From Camelus dromedarius (Eukaryota), in contig NC_087437.1 of the NCBI RefSeq assembly GCF_036321535.1, positions 113,770,001-113,834,000 of the forward strand: a stretch of DNA of 64,000 nt. Reading direction: 5' to 3'. This document shows positions 50,130-63,581 of the stretch, one piece after another. How positions within the stretch are numbered: the first letter of the stretch is position 1; each line of letters starts with the position of its first letter. The notes beneath the pieces are model-generated. The model worked only from the letters and a program-made list of their open reading frames with translations. It was not told where the DNA came from and ran no database searches. The position numbers and the translations under genes are program-made.

Positions 50130-51400
50130 TACAAATGAGGCTAATTTCTCCTCACATTATCCTTTCCCACTTCTTTTTATTCTTAGTTGCCTGCCATTTT
50201 CTAAGCCAACCCTACACATCCATTGAAGAATCTGACGCCTAAGAAAAAGTTTTGTCTTTACTCAAAATCCACTGATCCACCCTTATCTTCGGTGACTTTG
50301 GAGTTCAAGCAGATGACCCACCTGCCTTCCTTGCTCTCTGCTTCTTAACTTCCACATCGACAATGGCTTTCATCTCTACTCCCTTTCAGTCACACTCTCT
50401 CAGGATTAAATCCTAGAATCTCTCCATCCTTGAATTCTCAAACAGAAATATTCTACTTTTTGATAAAAAATGTTCAGTTCATCTGGTTTTATCGCTGCTT
50501 CTGCATTCTCTGCTCCATAGTCTTACACCATGCCCTTTGATGCCTCACTGTCTTTCAGAATCAGCCTCTCTGATCTCTTTTCCTCCCTTGGAGCCTATCA
50601 TTAATATCACTATGACCCTCAATTTCTTCACCCTCTAGCCTTCCATAACACTCACTCAACAAAACCACAGTATTGAACCAATGCTTTAAGCCACCTTCTT
50701 GGCTCCTGGATCAAGGTGGTGGAGGTGGAGGACTTTTAAAGAACATGCACGATTTCATGTCTCAGATTCTCAACACTACCTGTCAATTCTTTTATTCATT
50801 GTTGGGCAACTAATTTTCCAATACTCTTCCATGTCCATTAAAAACCTCATTACTCTTCTCAAGAACCCTGTCTCATACAGACTCCTCAAGCTTGGTAGAC
50901 CAACTTGCCATTCATAAAAAATTGAGACGAATACGCAGTTTAGTCCACAATCTTATTGCAAATGTATCTCTGTGTACCAACTCTGATACTGATGACCCCA
51001 TTTCAAACCAGGAGACATCTCTTTCTTGTTGAAGCCCACAAGCTCTGACTTTGTTGGCATCTCTTTCCTCTACCCTCAAGTCCTTTTCATCTATCATCCT
51101 TACTCTCTCCCATATCTTTGAACTCTTCTCAGTTGCATTCTGTTCTTCAGACTACTGATGGGGTCCAGATTTTCCCAATTTAAACATTTCTTCCTGGATT
51201 GGGTTTTCATCTAGCCACCAACTTGTTCTGTCTGTTCCGTCTTGTCTACACCTCTTGAAAGCAGCATATATTTCCAATATGCCCTTTCCTCCTTTACCTT
51301 CCTTGATCCTTTCCAATCTGACTTCTATCATTGAACAGTGGTAATAGTTCTCCTGGTGAGTAATCAGTCATCTTTTTATTGAAAATTTTAATAAAAAGTT
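50130..51400 (+). mobile_element. L2 LINE internal (ORF2) relic
   Basis: C/T-rich strand; atcttcggtgactttggagttcaagcagatgaccca reads IFGDFGVQADDP (endonuclease GDFN-like motif); ccaatctgacttct...tctcctggtga resembles the L2 RT region. Confidence 0.65.
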
Positions 51401-51873
51401 CAGTCCTTAATTTGCAGGCTTTTTGAGACTCTTAACTTTGCTGATTAGGGAGCAGTAAAGAAAAGACTGGAAAGGTACACCCAAAGCAGATGGAGGGCTC
51501 TGTGAAGCAAACTAAGGAGGTTAGACTTTTTCACTGAAATTCTGAAGAGGTTCTTCAAATCCACACTTATGAAGCTCTTTACTTCCTGTGTCCAGGCTTT
51601 TATATCTCCTGGCTCTCTTTTTTACCCTTTCTAGCTCTTTCTTGGGCCCATTTTCTTCTGCTTATCAATGGAATGTTGTTGCCCAGAGGTTGCTCCTGGG
51701 CGATCACATCCATGCTCATTCTTTCAAGTGTCTGATGTAGGACGTGGATTTCCCCATGGACAACTTTAGCACTGGTGTCTGTAGAAATGGGCTTCATAAT
51801 TACTTATACAGCTGGCACTGGGAGTGTGAAATGTTCCAAAATTGGGAAAAGGGATGAACTTGGTGTGCACGTG

Positions 51874-52415
51874 TGTGCAGAACAGAGATAATATAGCAGA
51901 CCTGGGACTCAGAAAGGCCTTCTTGCAAGGTTGGCCCTTGGCTGAGATCTTGAAATAGGATTTTGGCAGTGTTCTCACCAATCTCTAACTGAGAAGGATA
52001 GTAACTATTTGTACACACAATGTGATTGATGCTGAATTCTTGCTTTCATTTTGGGAGTCTGGAATTTTGGTATATGCTGGAGAGAGAGCATGCTTACATG
52101 ACCAACCCCAAATAAAAATCCTGGATACTGAGTCTCTAGCAAGCTTCCTTGGTAGACAACAGTTCACGCGTGTTGTCACGATTCGATGCTGGAGGAATTA
52201 CGCTGGTCTTGTGTGACTCCAATGGGAGAGGACTCTCAGAAGCTTGTGCCTGGCTTCCCCTGGACTTTCCTTCATGTGCCTTTTTCCTTTGCTGATTTCT
52301 CTTGGTATCTTTTCACTATAATGAATTGTAGCCATGAGTATGACTATATGCTGAGTCCCATGAGTTCTGGTAAATCATTGCATCTGGGGATGGTTTTGGG
52401 GATTCCTGATATACA
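51874..52415 (+). mobile_element. MER21/MER77-family (ERVL) solo LTR
   Basis: tgtgcagaacagag.taatatagcag.cctg...aggttggcccttggctg...aataaaaatcctgg..actgagtctct...gtgtgactcc..tgggagaggactc...ctatatgctgagtcc...TG..CA ends. Confidence 0.85.
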
Positions 52416-52789
52416 CATATTCTTATTAATGGAGTCCATTGTCATGTATTTGGAGAAAGAAGTTAGAATGAACAAAAGAGTTGGGTTGAATGCTAAAGGC
52501 AGAAAGATATAGAAAGCAGTGCGGTAAAGATGGGATTAAGAGAAGGATCACCAGGCTCCACGGTGATGAAACCCTAGGCAGGTTTCCTTCAACTGCGTTA
52601 ACTCTTTTTTGCTGTTTTGTGACTTTCTGGTTATACCCATTCTTTATAGGTAACCCCAAGAATTTAGGCACTTTAAAATACATTTCTGAAAACTGACAAG
52701 TTTCTATCTTCCTAAAATGGCTTTTCCATATTTACAACCATAGCAATCCCCAAAATACAACATAACTATCTTTAAGATATCTTAAGATT

Positions 52790-52960
52790 ACTACATTATT
52801 CCATCATTCAATACATATTTATTGAGCACAGAGGTTTTATTGTGCCCCAGGTACCATGGTGGTCACTGGTGATTCAAAGATGACTAAGACAAATCCTCTC
52901 TTGTACTCAAGGAACCCACTTAAGAGAAAAAAGAGGTCAAAGTAGAAGTAGGCAAAAGAG
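52790..52960 (-). mobile_element. L2 3' fragment
   Basis: cattcaatacatatttattgagcac...gtgccccagg. Confidence 0.55.
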
Positions 52961-55564
52961 CCGTGTTCAGATCACAGTTTTGCAATTGCATATAAGTCTT
53001 TGGAGCCTTCTGGCCACCCAGAGCCTCATGTGCTCTGCCACAGCCATGCTCTCCCAACAGGTGAACACAGAAAACTGTTAGGTGAGTCAGCATAAGGAAA
53101 GTGCTGGGGATTCCTGAAATAGCACTGAGTCATTAATCACTGATACCCTGGCTCAGTCCATGAAGCAACTGGAAATGAATAAGCAAAGAGGGTGAACTAA
53201 TGGTTAGAGGATGGAAATACCCTAGGGGACATTTGTTGAGTCAGTATAAGAACGTGGAAAACTTCAACAGTCATAGATTCAAATGGAATGAAGTAAGAGG
53301 AGATGAGTGTTTTTCCAACAACTTGATCTCCAATTGAAAATTTCTAGCAGACATTATTCTTCTGGATTCTCTCGGGAATTGGAGAACGGAGGGAAAGAGA
53401 GGAATAAAATGTGTTCTGGCCACAGTGAATTCTAGATTTATGTGGTATGGCAATACATAGTACATAGCCAGTGTTTGATGCTTGATTTGGGGTTGAATTA
53501 TAAAAGGTATTATATTATGATATAAAGGAAAAGAGAAGTAACACATAAGAAATCAACTGTGAGAAACTGCTGGGGGGGAAAAGGAGCCTTGGAGGTTGTA
53601 AATTAATAAACTAAACATATCATAGACTTTTTAAAACTATAACTGGGAATATGTACGCCTGATTTCTTTAAAAATATTGAGTCTTGGCAAAGTTGATGAG
53701 AGAAAGACCAAAGTGACACTCAATGTTGGTAACTGCTGATTAGTAGAACCTCCCACTAAATTTGGAACTTCCCAAATTTCGCATCAGTGAATTTCTGAAG
53801 AGTATAACCAGATTTTTCATTGATTCCCACTGCAGAATCATGTGTTGTTTTTTTTTTAAACAAAGTGTTTTCATGTTTAGGAACACAGTAAACTTTTTAT
53901 TTAAAACACAACTTAGAGGGAAGAAAATACTTCTAACAAAACATCATTTTTCAAAACATTAATAATAGCACATACTAGGTCGTAAAATGTTGAATTGGCT
54001 TCCGTTTGTTTACACAATTCAGTTAAAGCTGTCAGTTTGGAATGTTGACCGAGCCCTTTCAGGAAGCTCAAATCCTCTTCATATTCAGCAGAGCAGTTTT
54101 TCATTTATCCCATTTTTGTTCACTTATGAGCCTATTTAGACACGTCTCCCTTAAGCACCTGTACCTGTTTCAGCATCCCTGAGGTAGAGACAGGGTTGAA
54201 CAGCAACAGGAGCACAAAACTAGTAACTATTAATTGTGCCCCTCCCCATTCAGGCATCATGCTAAGCTGGATAATCTTATTCCACTTAATTTTCTCAACA
54301 CAACACCCAATGGGTGGCATTTTATGGGTGAGGGAAGTAAAGGCTGAGATGTTCGTACTCTTCTCACCAGTGGAGAAGGTTCCTTTTCTCTAAACACCAG
54401 CTGGTTTCTAAGATGGCCCAGCCACCAGGAGACAGTGCTACACACTGAGCCAGGTCAGCCTAGGCTGGACCACTGCTGGGCCCTTGCCTAGAATTTCATT
54501 CTCAGTGTATGGAAGGCCATTGAAGGATCTCATCCAGCCACATCAAACACATCACCTCCCGGGATCCTACCCTTCTTCAGAAAGCAGAAGTAGCTCAGAA
54601 ACCTGGCCAGAAATTTAGTACAAACCAGGACTTGGCCATGATGGCTTCTTTGTAGATTTACTTATGGAAGCTGTATAGTAAATGTACATTTGGATGGGTC
54701 CTTATGCAGGTTTGGCAGTGCAGGGACACCACATCTGCTTCCAAGAGCGACACTTGGAGAAAAATTTTGATGGAGACCCTTTGGGTTTTATTCCTATGTT
54801 TCCCTGGTTCTTCAGTTTGCCTTGTGGATACCAATGAATAGGGACTGAATACAGAGCTCATAGCCAAGAAGAAAAGTTTTGTGTATGCAAAGCAAGCATA
54901 CCCTGTTAAAGCAAATAATGATAATGTCAAGGGAAATGCTGTCTTTTTATGAAGTTATTTGCTCTTCACAGATACTTGTTGCTGAATTCTTCCCATTCCT
55001 GTTAAGTAAGACATTTTCTCAAGTCTCATCGCCTTTGTTAGACCACAAGTAATTCAGAAAGCTATAGGTTTAATTATTAATAGGACCTGACCAGCCTGTT
55101 TCTTTCCTTATGTTTTCAGTCAATCAGTCATCAACCACTGAGCAGCCCTCGATCCTTCTTGGAATAAGAGCAGTATTTTTTTTCCTTTACTTCATCGACT
55201 TATATTTTTTTCCTTTCTCAGTGAATAAAGCTCCTTTGTTCAGGGCAGACATCTGAGGGAATCTTGACTGTTGGCTTTTCCCTTTGTCTTCCCGAGTCTG
55301 TCGTCTGGTTCTGACTGCTGTGCCTTGCAAGCCTCTCACCTGGCCCCCCACTTCTGGCCCCACCACGGGTCTGGTCCTTGTCCAGCCAGCTCAGGTTGTT
55401 GGAAGAACTCAACAGTCCATCCTCCACGACGCTGCCGGTCACTCTTTCCAAAAGGAAAACATGACCACATCTTCCCTTGCTTAGAATTCTTCAAGGTTTC
55501 TCTGGCCAAAGAATAAGCTCACCTTTTTGCCTGTCAGAGAAAGCTATCCGCTCACTACCTGCAT

Positions 55565-55900
55565 CCATGCAGTTCGACTTATATTCATTGAGCACCTACT
55601 GGGTGTCGGGCACCAATCTAGGTGCTGCAGATACAGCAGTGCACAATGTCCATGTTCTCATGGAACTTTCATTCCACCAAGGGAAGACAGACAATAAACA
55701 AAATAAATCATGCATGTGTGTGTATTGGACACACACACATAATTGGACACATATATTTAGAAGGTGGCTTGTATAAAAGGTATAGACAATGGCTTTGAGA
55801 AACACATAGCAGAGCAGGATTCTAGGGGATGCTGGGGAGGGGATTATTTAAACAGGGTGATCCAGGAAAGCCTCCTTGAGACAGTGACATTGTGACAAGG
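55565..55900 (-). mobile_element. L2 3' end
   Basis: ttcattgagcacctact..gtgtcgggcac..tctaggtgctgcagatacagcagtg...ggaaagcctccttgag. Confidence 0.75.
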
Positions 55901-56691
55901 ATGTGAGCTAGTCCTTGCCTCTCTGAGCAGCATCATTCCTACCACCTCCCTGCCTCCCACTTTGTTCCTCAACCCTGGACCCTTGGTCGTTCCCCGATCC
56001 ACCGATTCCTCCAGCCTCTCAGCATTTGAGTGGCCTGTTGTCACCCTAGGACATGTCTGCTGTCCTGCAAAGGCAGCCCAGTTACCCTTGTTGTTTCTGC
56101 CAATACCCCTTGACCCCCACTGAACTCTCCAGGCAGACTAAGGAGCCTCACTGTGACATTCAGCTCCACCTGGAACAAAGCTGAGTGACTATCATCTTGT
56201 ACCCTAACTCTTCTCTTTCCCTGTATGTGTCTCTGTACACATACAGATACAAACATGTGAACACATACTCTACTACATCTTGTATTTACTGAGTCTTAAC
56301 ATGTACATAGTCTGTATTCTATGCTGCTTTTCATAACAACTTAACAGGGTGATATTATCTCCATTTTACAGGTGAGAAGAGTCATTTGCCCAGTCCCTTT
56401 CTACTGATGGAGCTGGACTCAAACTCAGAGTTCTCTGCCCCCAGTGGTCTTGCTCTCCCACACCCTCCCCCAGACTCCTCCCAAGATTAAGCCACCTTAG
56501 GGCACATTATTCTGTAACTTTGGATTTTTATATCTACGCACCTAGCACAGTGCCCAGCACAGACTGAGTGCTCAGTAACTATTTCTCCAACGAATACATC
56601 TTAACACTATTCATTCATTCATTTATCATTCACAAAGTGCAAAGTTTCCCTGTCCAGTCCCTCCAGTCTCTCCCCGTAGGCTTAACCTTTC

Positions 56692-56945
56692 AATAATAAC
56701 AATAGTAGCATTTTCACAGTACCTGCCCTGGGACAAATACTAAGCACTAATACCGGTTTCTTTACCACTCACGACCACACAAGGAAGTGGTAGGTACCAC
56801 TTTCATGCCCATTTGACAGAGGGAGAAACTGAGGCTCCAAGCAATTGGGTCCCTTTCCGAAGCTCACACAGTGAGTAAGTGATGGAGTTGAGATTTGAAC
56901 CCAGGCGGCTTGACTCTGGAGCCCCGACTTGCCATCACTGCATCA
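56692..56945 (-). mobile_element. MIR SINE (a second MIR and an L2 piece lie at ~56335-56600)
   Basis: cccatttgacagagggagaaactgaggctc...gagatttgaacccaggc..ctgactctggagc. Confidence 0.75.
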
Positions 56946-57769
56946 CACTGCCTTCTTTGGCTTTCCAGATTCAGGCTGTGGGTCCAACGAATGACAGATG
57001 ACATGCAACCATGTGTATGGTCTATTTTCTACATCTGAAACAAGGTATCATCTGTAACATCCACTTTGTATTGACATAGTGGAGAAAGTGACCTTTTAAA
57101 CCCAATTCTTTCAGTGACTTAGCAATATCCAGGGGAAATCTGACAGCACCAAGCACCATTGGAGAGAAGGGGTAATCGAAACATGAAAGGAAAAGTATCT
57201 AAAAAGCAAGTGGATAACTCTGTACGGGAGGAAAAACAAAAATAGGGAATTTTTGTAATTTGTTTTTTTTAAAGCAAGGAAGTATTGGGAAACTGTAATT
57301 GAAAGAGGATTGATGCTGGTACAAAGGAAGCAATCTTATGGATCACAAATGAAATGTGTCTTCTTATCAAATATCTAAAAACCCATAAACCTAGCCTGGA
57401 GCCAAGAAGGAATCAAATCAATGATATCAGAATTCTTAGACCTGGAGAATGTGTTCCTTTGAGCAAGTGACTACTTTCGAGCTGAAACGTAACATCTGAA
57501 AAACTTAAAAGGAAAATGTGATCAGGAAGTCAATCTGTGCTTTTTACACTGCCTGCCACTGTCCCCAGGCTCCTCCAAAAGAAAAGGAATAATTTTTCAC
57601 TGCTCCATGAAGGGGACACAATGCTTGGTGATTTCTTTGCCTTAGAAAACTGTTAACCTAATTAAAACTGTACCTCTGACCACAGGGCTGATTCCAGTGT
57701 TTACCAAGCACCACTGTTTTATGGAGGATGGTGAGAGACTCTCAGTGGACAGTTAATTCTGATCAAGGG

Positions 57770-57800
<31 letters not shown>

Positions 57801-58929
57801 GGTCTTAATCAACCTTTGGAAGAAAACCAGATATTTTCTTTTCATGAAAGTTGATGGCTTCAGGTGGGGGATGAGCAGCTGTGGCAGATGGACTTTGGAA
57901 ATGCAGCGAAATATCCTGTCTTCATATAAATGTTTATGGTAGCAGGAGAACTGAAGAAGAAAAACACAAGCAAAACGTTGCATGAGTCACTGGCTGAATT
58001 GCTTCTAAATAAAGCATTTCTCAGAGTTTCCCATGAGGTGTTTTGAGTGAACAAGCAGCAGGGTCCCTGCTAGTGTGGTAAGGACATCCTTAAAATACAA
58101 AAATGTGCATCCAACAGTAAGTCAAGAAAATCACTCTGTCACATTTGATGTTTAGGAAAATATACACCTGAAGTGAGGGCACGGGCTCACATCCACAGCG
58201 TCCTGGTCTGCTTGCGGGCGATGGCGTCACCGGTCTTGGCTGGACCACTTTGTAGGTGATGGGCAGAGGCTGAGCGGGACGCCTCCTGGTGACTCACAGA
58301 CTTTCCTCTAACAGAGCATCGTGAAGTGATGATAATTAAGTTTAATTTTAGACCTTGTGCACTGATCCTGGGAATGTTTTCAAATTCAGATCTGGCTCCG
58401 TTGACTTTGGCACTTGAGGTTTTGAAGGAAAGGTCATAAGTCCTAGACTACCTATGTACTCTTCAGTCCTTTACTTCCAGAAAATTGTGAATTTGGAACT
58501 AATTAGGGAAAAATCTTCTCTTGAAACTATCCTGCAAACAGCAGGCACTCCTGGCCTTGACTCAGCTTCAAACAGAAACATCACCACCTTTCTCCACACT
58601 CCAGACTTTCTAACTAATTACTCGGTGTCTTTCCCACTTGTGCTAAATTCTTTTTTTTTTTTTTTCCCCTAGTCAAGTCTAAAGGGCTTGAGCTTGTTAG
58701 AAACCGAGTTGGAATAATCTCCAGATTCTCGTTGCGGCCTGCCAGTGATGGTCTCACGTGACCTGATAACAAATTGGCAATATTAGTTGAGCTGACGCAC
58801 CCATTTCTAGGTCTCTGGTATGAGCAACAGCGTAGAATTGAAACAGTCATTCCAGCGAATACTTTCTAGAATGTGTTCAACCCTCTAAATGCTCAGAGGG
58901 CGCTATTGTTGCATGAAGCTGGCTTGTTC

Positions 58930-59134
58930 GGGGTTGCCAAATTTAACAGATAAAAATACAGGACACTCAATTAAATCTGAATTTCAGGTGAACACGAATG
59001 ACCTTTTTGCATCCCTATATCCCATGCGACGTTTCACTATTCATACTTTACCTGAACGTTAAAAAAAAAGTACCTGTTGCTTATCTAAAATTTAAATTTT
59101 AACTGAATAAGCAATATATTTATCTGGCAACCCT
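58930..59134. mobile_element. MER53 hAT MITE (palindromic)
   Basis: Terminal inverted repeats gggttgcca...tggcaaccct; aaaaatacaggacac..aattaaatctgaatttcag and the mirrored atctaaaatttaaattt.aactg. Confidence 0.85.
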
Positions 59135-61060
59135 TTGAGAGGTATGAGCTTTTCTGAGGTACTGTTTTATCAGAAATACCTTCTGCGAACGCGAGAGGAA
59201 ATTCATCAAAAACATTGAATATACATGACTCTGGAGAGGACTTTCCCCGCCATTGACACGTACTGTAAAGCTACCCCTAGAAAAGCAAAAGCAACATGAC
59301 AATTGAATGAATCCTGTGGTGACCCAACACTTCCACCCAGACAGAATCCAAACTCGCTGCCAGTCACCTGGAGGTTCAGGTTCTAGTATCCTCATTTTTC
59401 TTTCCTGTGTTTCACTGCCTCCTGTAGGGGAAAAATCACAGAAGAGATAAAAGGTGGGGAAAAAAAGTCCAGCATTTTAATGTACATTTGTTTTGGCATT
59501 GGCTGAGTTCTGGAGACAAAAACAAGCCCCTGCTTTTAATTCAGTCCATATGCAGCGAAGCCGTACGTTGGCTTCAAGTAAGAACGATGAACAAGCATTT
59601 TTGATCACAGAAAGTCCAGAAGAGTCCGGCTCCTAAGAAGGCAATAAATGTCGACTGGCAGTTAGATGGCCCCTATGGTGTGTCAGTCACTTTGCAGCCT
59701 TCACTCTGGTTGGTGGCAAAGGGAGAGGGGCCCTGAGAGCTCCCCACCGCCACCAGCCGTCCACCCGCTGGCCCCTCTGTGCAGAGCCGGGCTGCCCTTC
59801 CTTTCCGCCCCAAGAGGCTAGCCGGCTGCCGTTTCCGGGCGAGTGGCCCTGGCAGGGACATTTGCTTTAGACAGCCTGCAGCTGGCTGAGTGGGCGTTGC
59901 AGACAACACAGACGCCTCCCCCTGTCTCTACTGTTTCAGGCTAGCCCAGGCTCTGGGATCTTTTGATTTATAAAGAGCTTTATGTGCCTGGAGTTAAGAT
60001 TTTAGGAAGCAAAGCCGTGATGTATGAGGCTCGGGCTGTCAATCTCATGGATCCACATGCACAAGGTCTGCAAACCTCTTCCCTTGGGTTGGTCTCAGGA
60101 AGATTCCAGGCAAGCAACACAGAGGACATGGGTGCCCAGATATTTAAACCTGGTCATCGGCAGGGCTGTGAAGCCGCCAGTCTATAGTTCCCCATCTCAG
60201 GGCTGCCTCCAACAGTGAGACCTCAGCGTGTGAGGCTTGCTGGCTGTTTATGTGTTGTAGATGGTCTTACACTTATGACATTTTCAATGGGAGACCACTG
60301 AGGGCCAGGAAGGGAACTGCGTTGACTCCTCTGGGCAAAGCCTGAAGTCAATTCTTCCTCTTCTTTTTTTTTTCCTTCTAGACGACTGTTCTCATAGGTG
60401 CTGAGAATTAACACGTTCTCAGGAGATGAGGGGTGGGGAATTCTACATGCAGGGGTCCGGGAAGTCTTATTTTCTTATCCCAGACTGCAGATGACTGCCA
60501 AATTAGGAGAAACTGTGACCACAGCAGTTCACTGGGGGAGACGTGCAAGCAAAGTGAACCAGAAAAGAAATAGAAACCCAGACTTTTCAGTTCCTGTTTA
60601 TCCTATTTTTAATCTCAACATCTCAGTTGCTCTCTTTCTTGTTTCCCTGGCCTTGCTGGAATTCATACACACACCTGGCTTTCCATTTGCCTTGGGGACA
60701 GAGAGGAGATGGGGCCCAGCCGGGGGAGGGCTCTGCCGCCTGCCTGGGGGCTGAGAACCAGTGTCCACGGCGGCATGTGTGACAGGAGAGAGAGATGCAG
60801 GAAACTAATTTGAAATTGTTGGGAAAACGTGAACGATCATCCCTTCCTGCATCATCTACTGCCAGTTCCAGATCAGTGGGAGGAAGGAAGGAGGGGGAAG
60901 GGTAATCATGAGATTCTGGACGAATGTTCAGACGGACCAGTGACTGAGGAGATAGGAATGGGGATGTTCATTGGTCCCCATGCATATCCCCCACCCCTCT
61001 CTCTCTCTCATCTCTTCTTTCCTCCCAGTTTCAATGTGAGGCTCCAGTGATCCAGAAGCT

Positions 61061-61197
61061 AGGAGGGTGGAGCTCAGTGGTAGAGCGTGTGCTTAGCATG
61101 CACGAGGTCCTGGGTTCAATCCCCAGTACCTCCATTAAAATAAATAAATACCTAATTACTACCCTCCCCCTACCCCCCCAAAAAAATCAAGAAAAAA
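61061..61197 (+). mobile_element. tRNA-Ala-derived SINE (camelid Vic-1 type)
   Basis: agctcagtggtagagcgtgtgcttagcatgcacgaggtcctgggttcaatccccagtacctcca, A-rich linker, C-rich segment, A tail; short TSD cagaagc at 61053-61059 and 61198-61204. Confidence 0.92.
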
Positions 61198-62167
61198 CAG
61201 AAGCAAAAAAGATCAAAGGAGTCCTGGCCCTTGGAAACCTTGCAGGGAATGAGAAACATTCACAAAGGCCGCCTCTGTCACTCCGCATAGTGGATGTGGC
61301 GGATGCTGGTACTCACGCTGCAACGCACTTGAATGTGTGAGCATATTTTTTCTCTCCTCTGCAAGTGAAATAACTCACACCATTGTGTGGCTCTGCAATT
61401 GAAAAAGAGAAAAGTAAATACCCCCCCCCCCCACCATAACATCGTCTGAAATAGAGTCACATGGATAAACTGGCACAGAGCTCAGTAATAAATTTACTCA
61501 GTTCAGCCTTCAGCAGTAAGGGTGCTCACTAGAAATTGTTGCATTGCATAGACTCAAATGATTTGAGTAGAAATGGATACATTTAATAAGAAAGATCCAC
61601 CTTATAGAGTTATTTCGGAGTTTTGGGGGTTTTTTTGTTGTTCTTCTTCTTCAGTCCCAGAAAATCTTGAAATGCATCGCTGATGCATAATTAATTTTAA
61701 ACATCATAACGTTTTGAGCCAAGCTGATTTTGATGACACTAAAGAACACCCCGAGTAGTTTAGTGGTTTTCACAACACGACTGATTTTATAAGGGCAAAA
61801 AAATATTCCCATAGAGTAAAGCTTTGAAAGTGCTAGCAGTGTTGTTATTTCCTCCAACATAAGCACCCACAACAGGAAAGCAAACAAACCCACAGTGGAC
61901 CGAAGATGTGGTTTCTGGAACTCTCTTTCAACCTTGGCTAACTGTTGGGGTCTCCCAAAGGACAGGATTACTTCATGTCAAAGCAAAAATTCTCCTGACT
62001 CTGTAAACAGCCCACGGTTCTGGGAAATATGGAAAATGTAGCTGAGAAATGAAGTTGTGTTGTATTTGGAATGATTGTCAAGATCGTGAAGTCTTTGTTC
62101 TAGGGGACCCACCTCTGCTGTTTTGGGGGGCCTTTGGGGTCCTTCTCTTCCTAGTGGTCACTCCGTC

Positions 62168-62654
62168 TGTTACTGAGTCCAAGCTTGCCCTGCCCGCTGC
62201 GCGACAGGCCAATTAAGAGAGATGAGGTGTTGGGGCAGAGAGTGGCGACTTCATTCGGGAAGCCAGCAGACTGAGAAGATGGTGGACTAGTGTCCCAAGA
62301 GACCAACTTGCCCGGGTTTGGATGCTAGTTCCTTTGGTAGAGCAAAGAGGGGGAGGTAAGGAGGTGACATAAAAAGCTGATAAATTGTTACAAATATTTC
62401 CTGGTTCCAGCCAAACTCCAAATAGGATGTGTTAATTTCTTCTTTCTACAGGTAGGCCTAATCAGATTGTTTCCTGTGAGCTAAACAAAGGTATTTTAGC
62501 TTAACACTCAGGCGTGGGAGGCAGGGTTCCCAGAGACGGGCTGTTATAGACACTTCAAGCTATAGTGATTAATTGGTAGCAAAAACAGTTGGAAACAAAG
62601 GTTAAAGTAAAAGGAACAGATCCAAGATGGAGTCAGATTTATTCTTCTTCATCA
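62168..62654 (-). mobile_element. ERV1-class solo LTR
   Basis: tgttactgagtccaagctt..ctgcccgctgcgcgacaggccaat...ccaagatggagtcag...catca; TG..CA ends; no clean TSD. Confidence 0.7.
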
Positions 62655-63481
62655 CCTATCTCTCTCTCTACCTTCTTTCTCAAGAACTCACATCACCAAA
62701 TACAAAACAGCAATGATGATATTACTACCAAACTGGAAAGCCCCACTCAATCCTATTCCTTCCTTTGAGCTCAAACTGCACCGTGCATTGTCACAGGGAC
62801 AACTGTGTATTTGTGGCGTATATAAACTTGCAAAGTAAAAGACGAAAGTCACTGAGCGTCTCATTTCCCTCTAGTTTTGTGGTAAAAACCAAATTGATAT
62901 TCTCTTTTCTCCTCCCCACCACATGACTGAGTCTCATTTCATGCTGCAGTATAGTTAAGTCAAAACTGCACTCTCGCTGAGAATACTTTATAGTTCAGTG
63001 GCCACCTAATGAATTTAAAATATTACTCTGATTCCTTCCAGACAAACAGACAACATTTAGCATGATACAGTATTCCAACAGAATAAACTCTTGAGTTTTT
63101 TGTTTTTCCTCATCGTGAAATTCATGTTAGGAAGGTGGAGAGATGATTCTCCCACAGAGAAAAGCATGTGATGAAGGCTGTGTCCCAGGATTTTAAACTC
63201 CATCTAACACACTATCCAGACAAAGGCGATTAGGGCTTTTGGCAGACTCACCGGCAATTTGCCTCCATTAGAAGCGAGAGAACTCAAAGGGAAGAAGCTA
63301 CAGTGTATTCCATCCGTTCCTTTGGCAACGGGGATCTTCCCTTGTTTTAAACCAAACAAACATTAACAAGGAAAACCAGCTGCTTTCACAATGAATAAAC
63401 CCATTACCTCAACTCCTTGTGCATTACTGAGTATTTTTACTTGTCAGATTTTCTGTTTTCTGGAGGCTTGGATATTTTCAG

Positions 63482-63581
63482 TGTGCTGTCAATGCAGACA
63501 AAACAGAGCTGGTTTTAGCAGCAGCAGCAGATGTGGATGAGAACATGGGCCTTCCTGGCCCTCCGGTTCCAAGGTTTGGTG
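63482..63581 (+). other. Candidate exon of an unidentified transcript
   Basis: Acceptor ttttcag| at 63481 and donor GTG|gtaagt at 63582; one open frame; a strong downstream acceptor at 63976; no recognisable protein. Confidence 0.2.

Noticed and set aside
61061-61135. tRNA-Ala(AGC) gene calls here and at 6124 and 40219
   Set aside because: Each is followed by the same A-rich/C-rich SINE tail and flanked by target-site duplications, and the stems carry mismatches. They are SINEs, not tRNA genes.
61047-61340. ORF MIQKLGGWSSVVERVLSMHEVLGSIPS...
   Set aside because: It is a translation of the SINE body.
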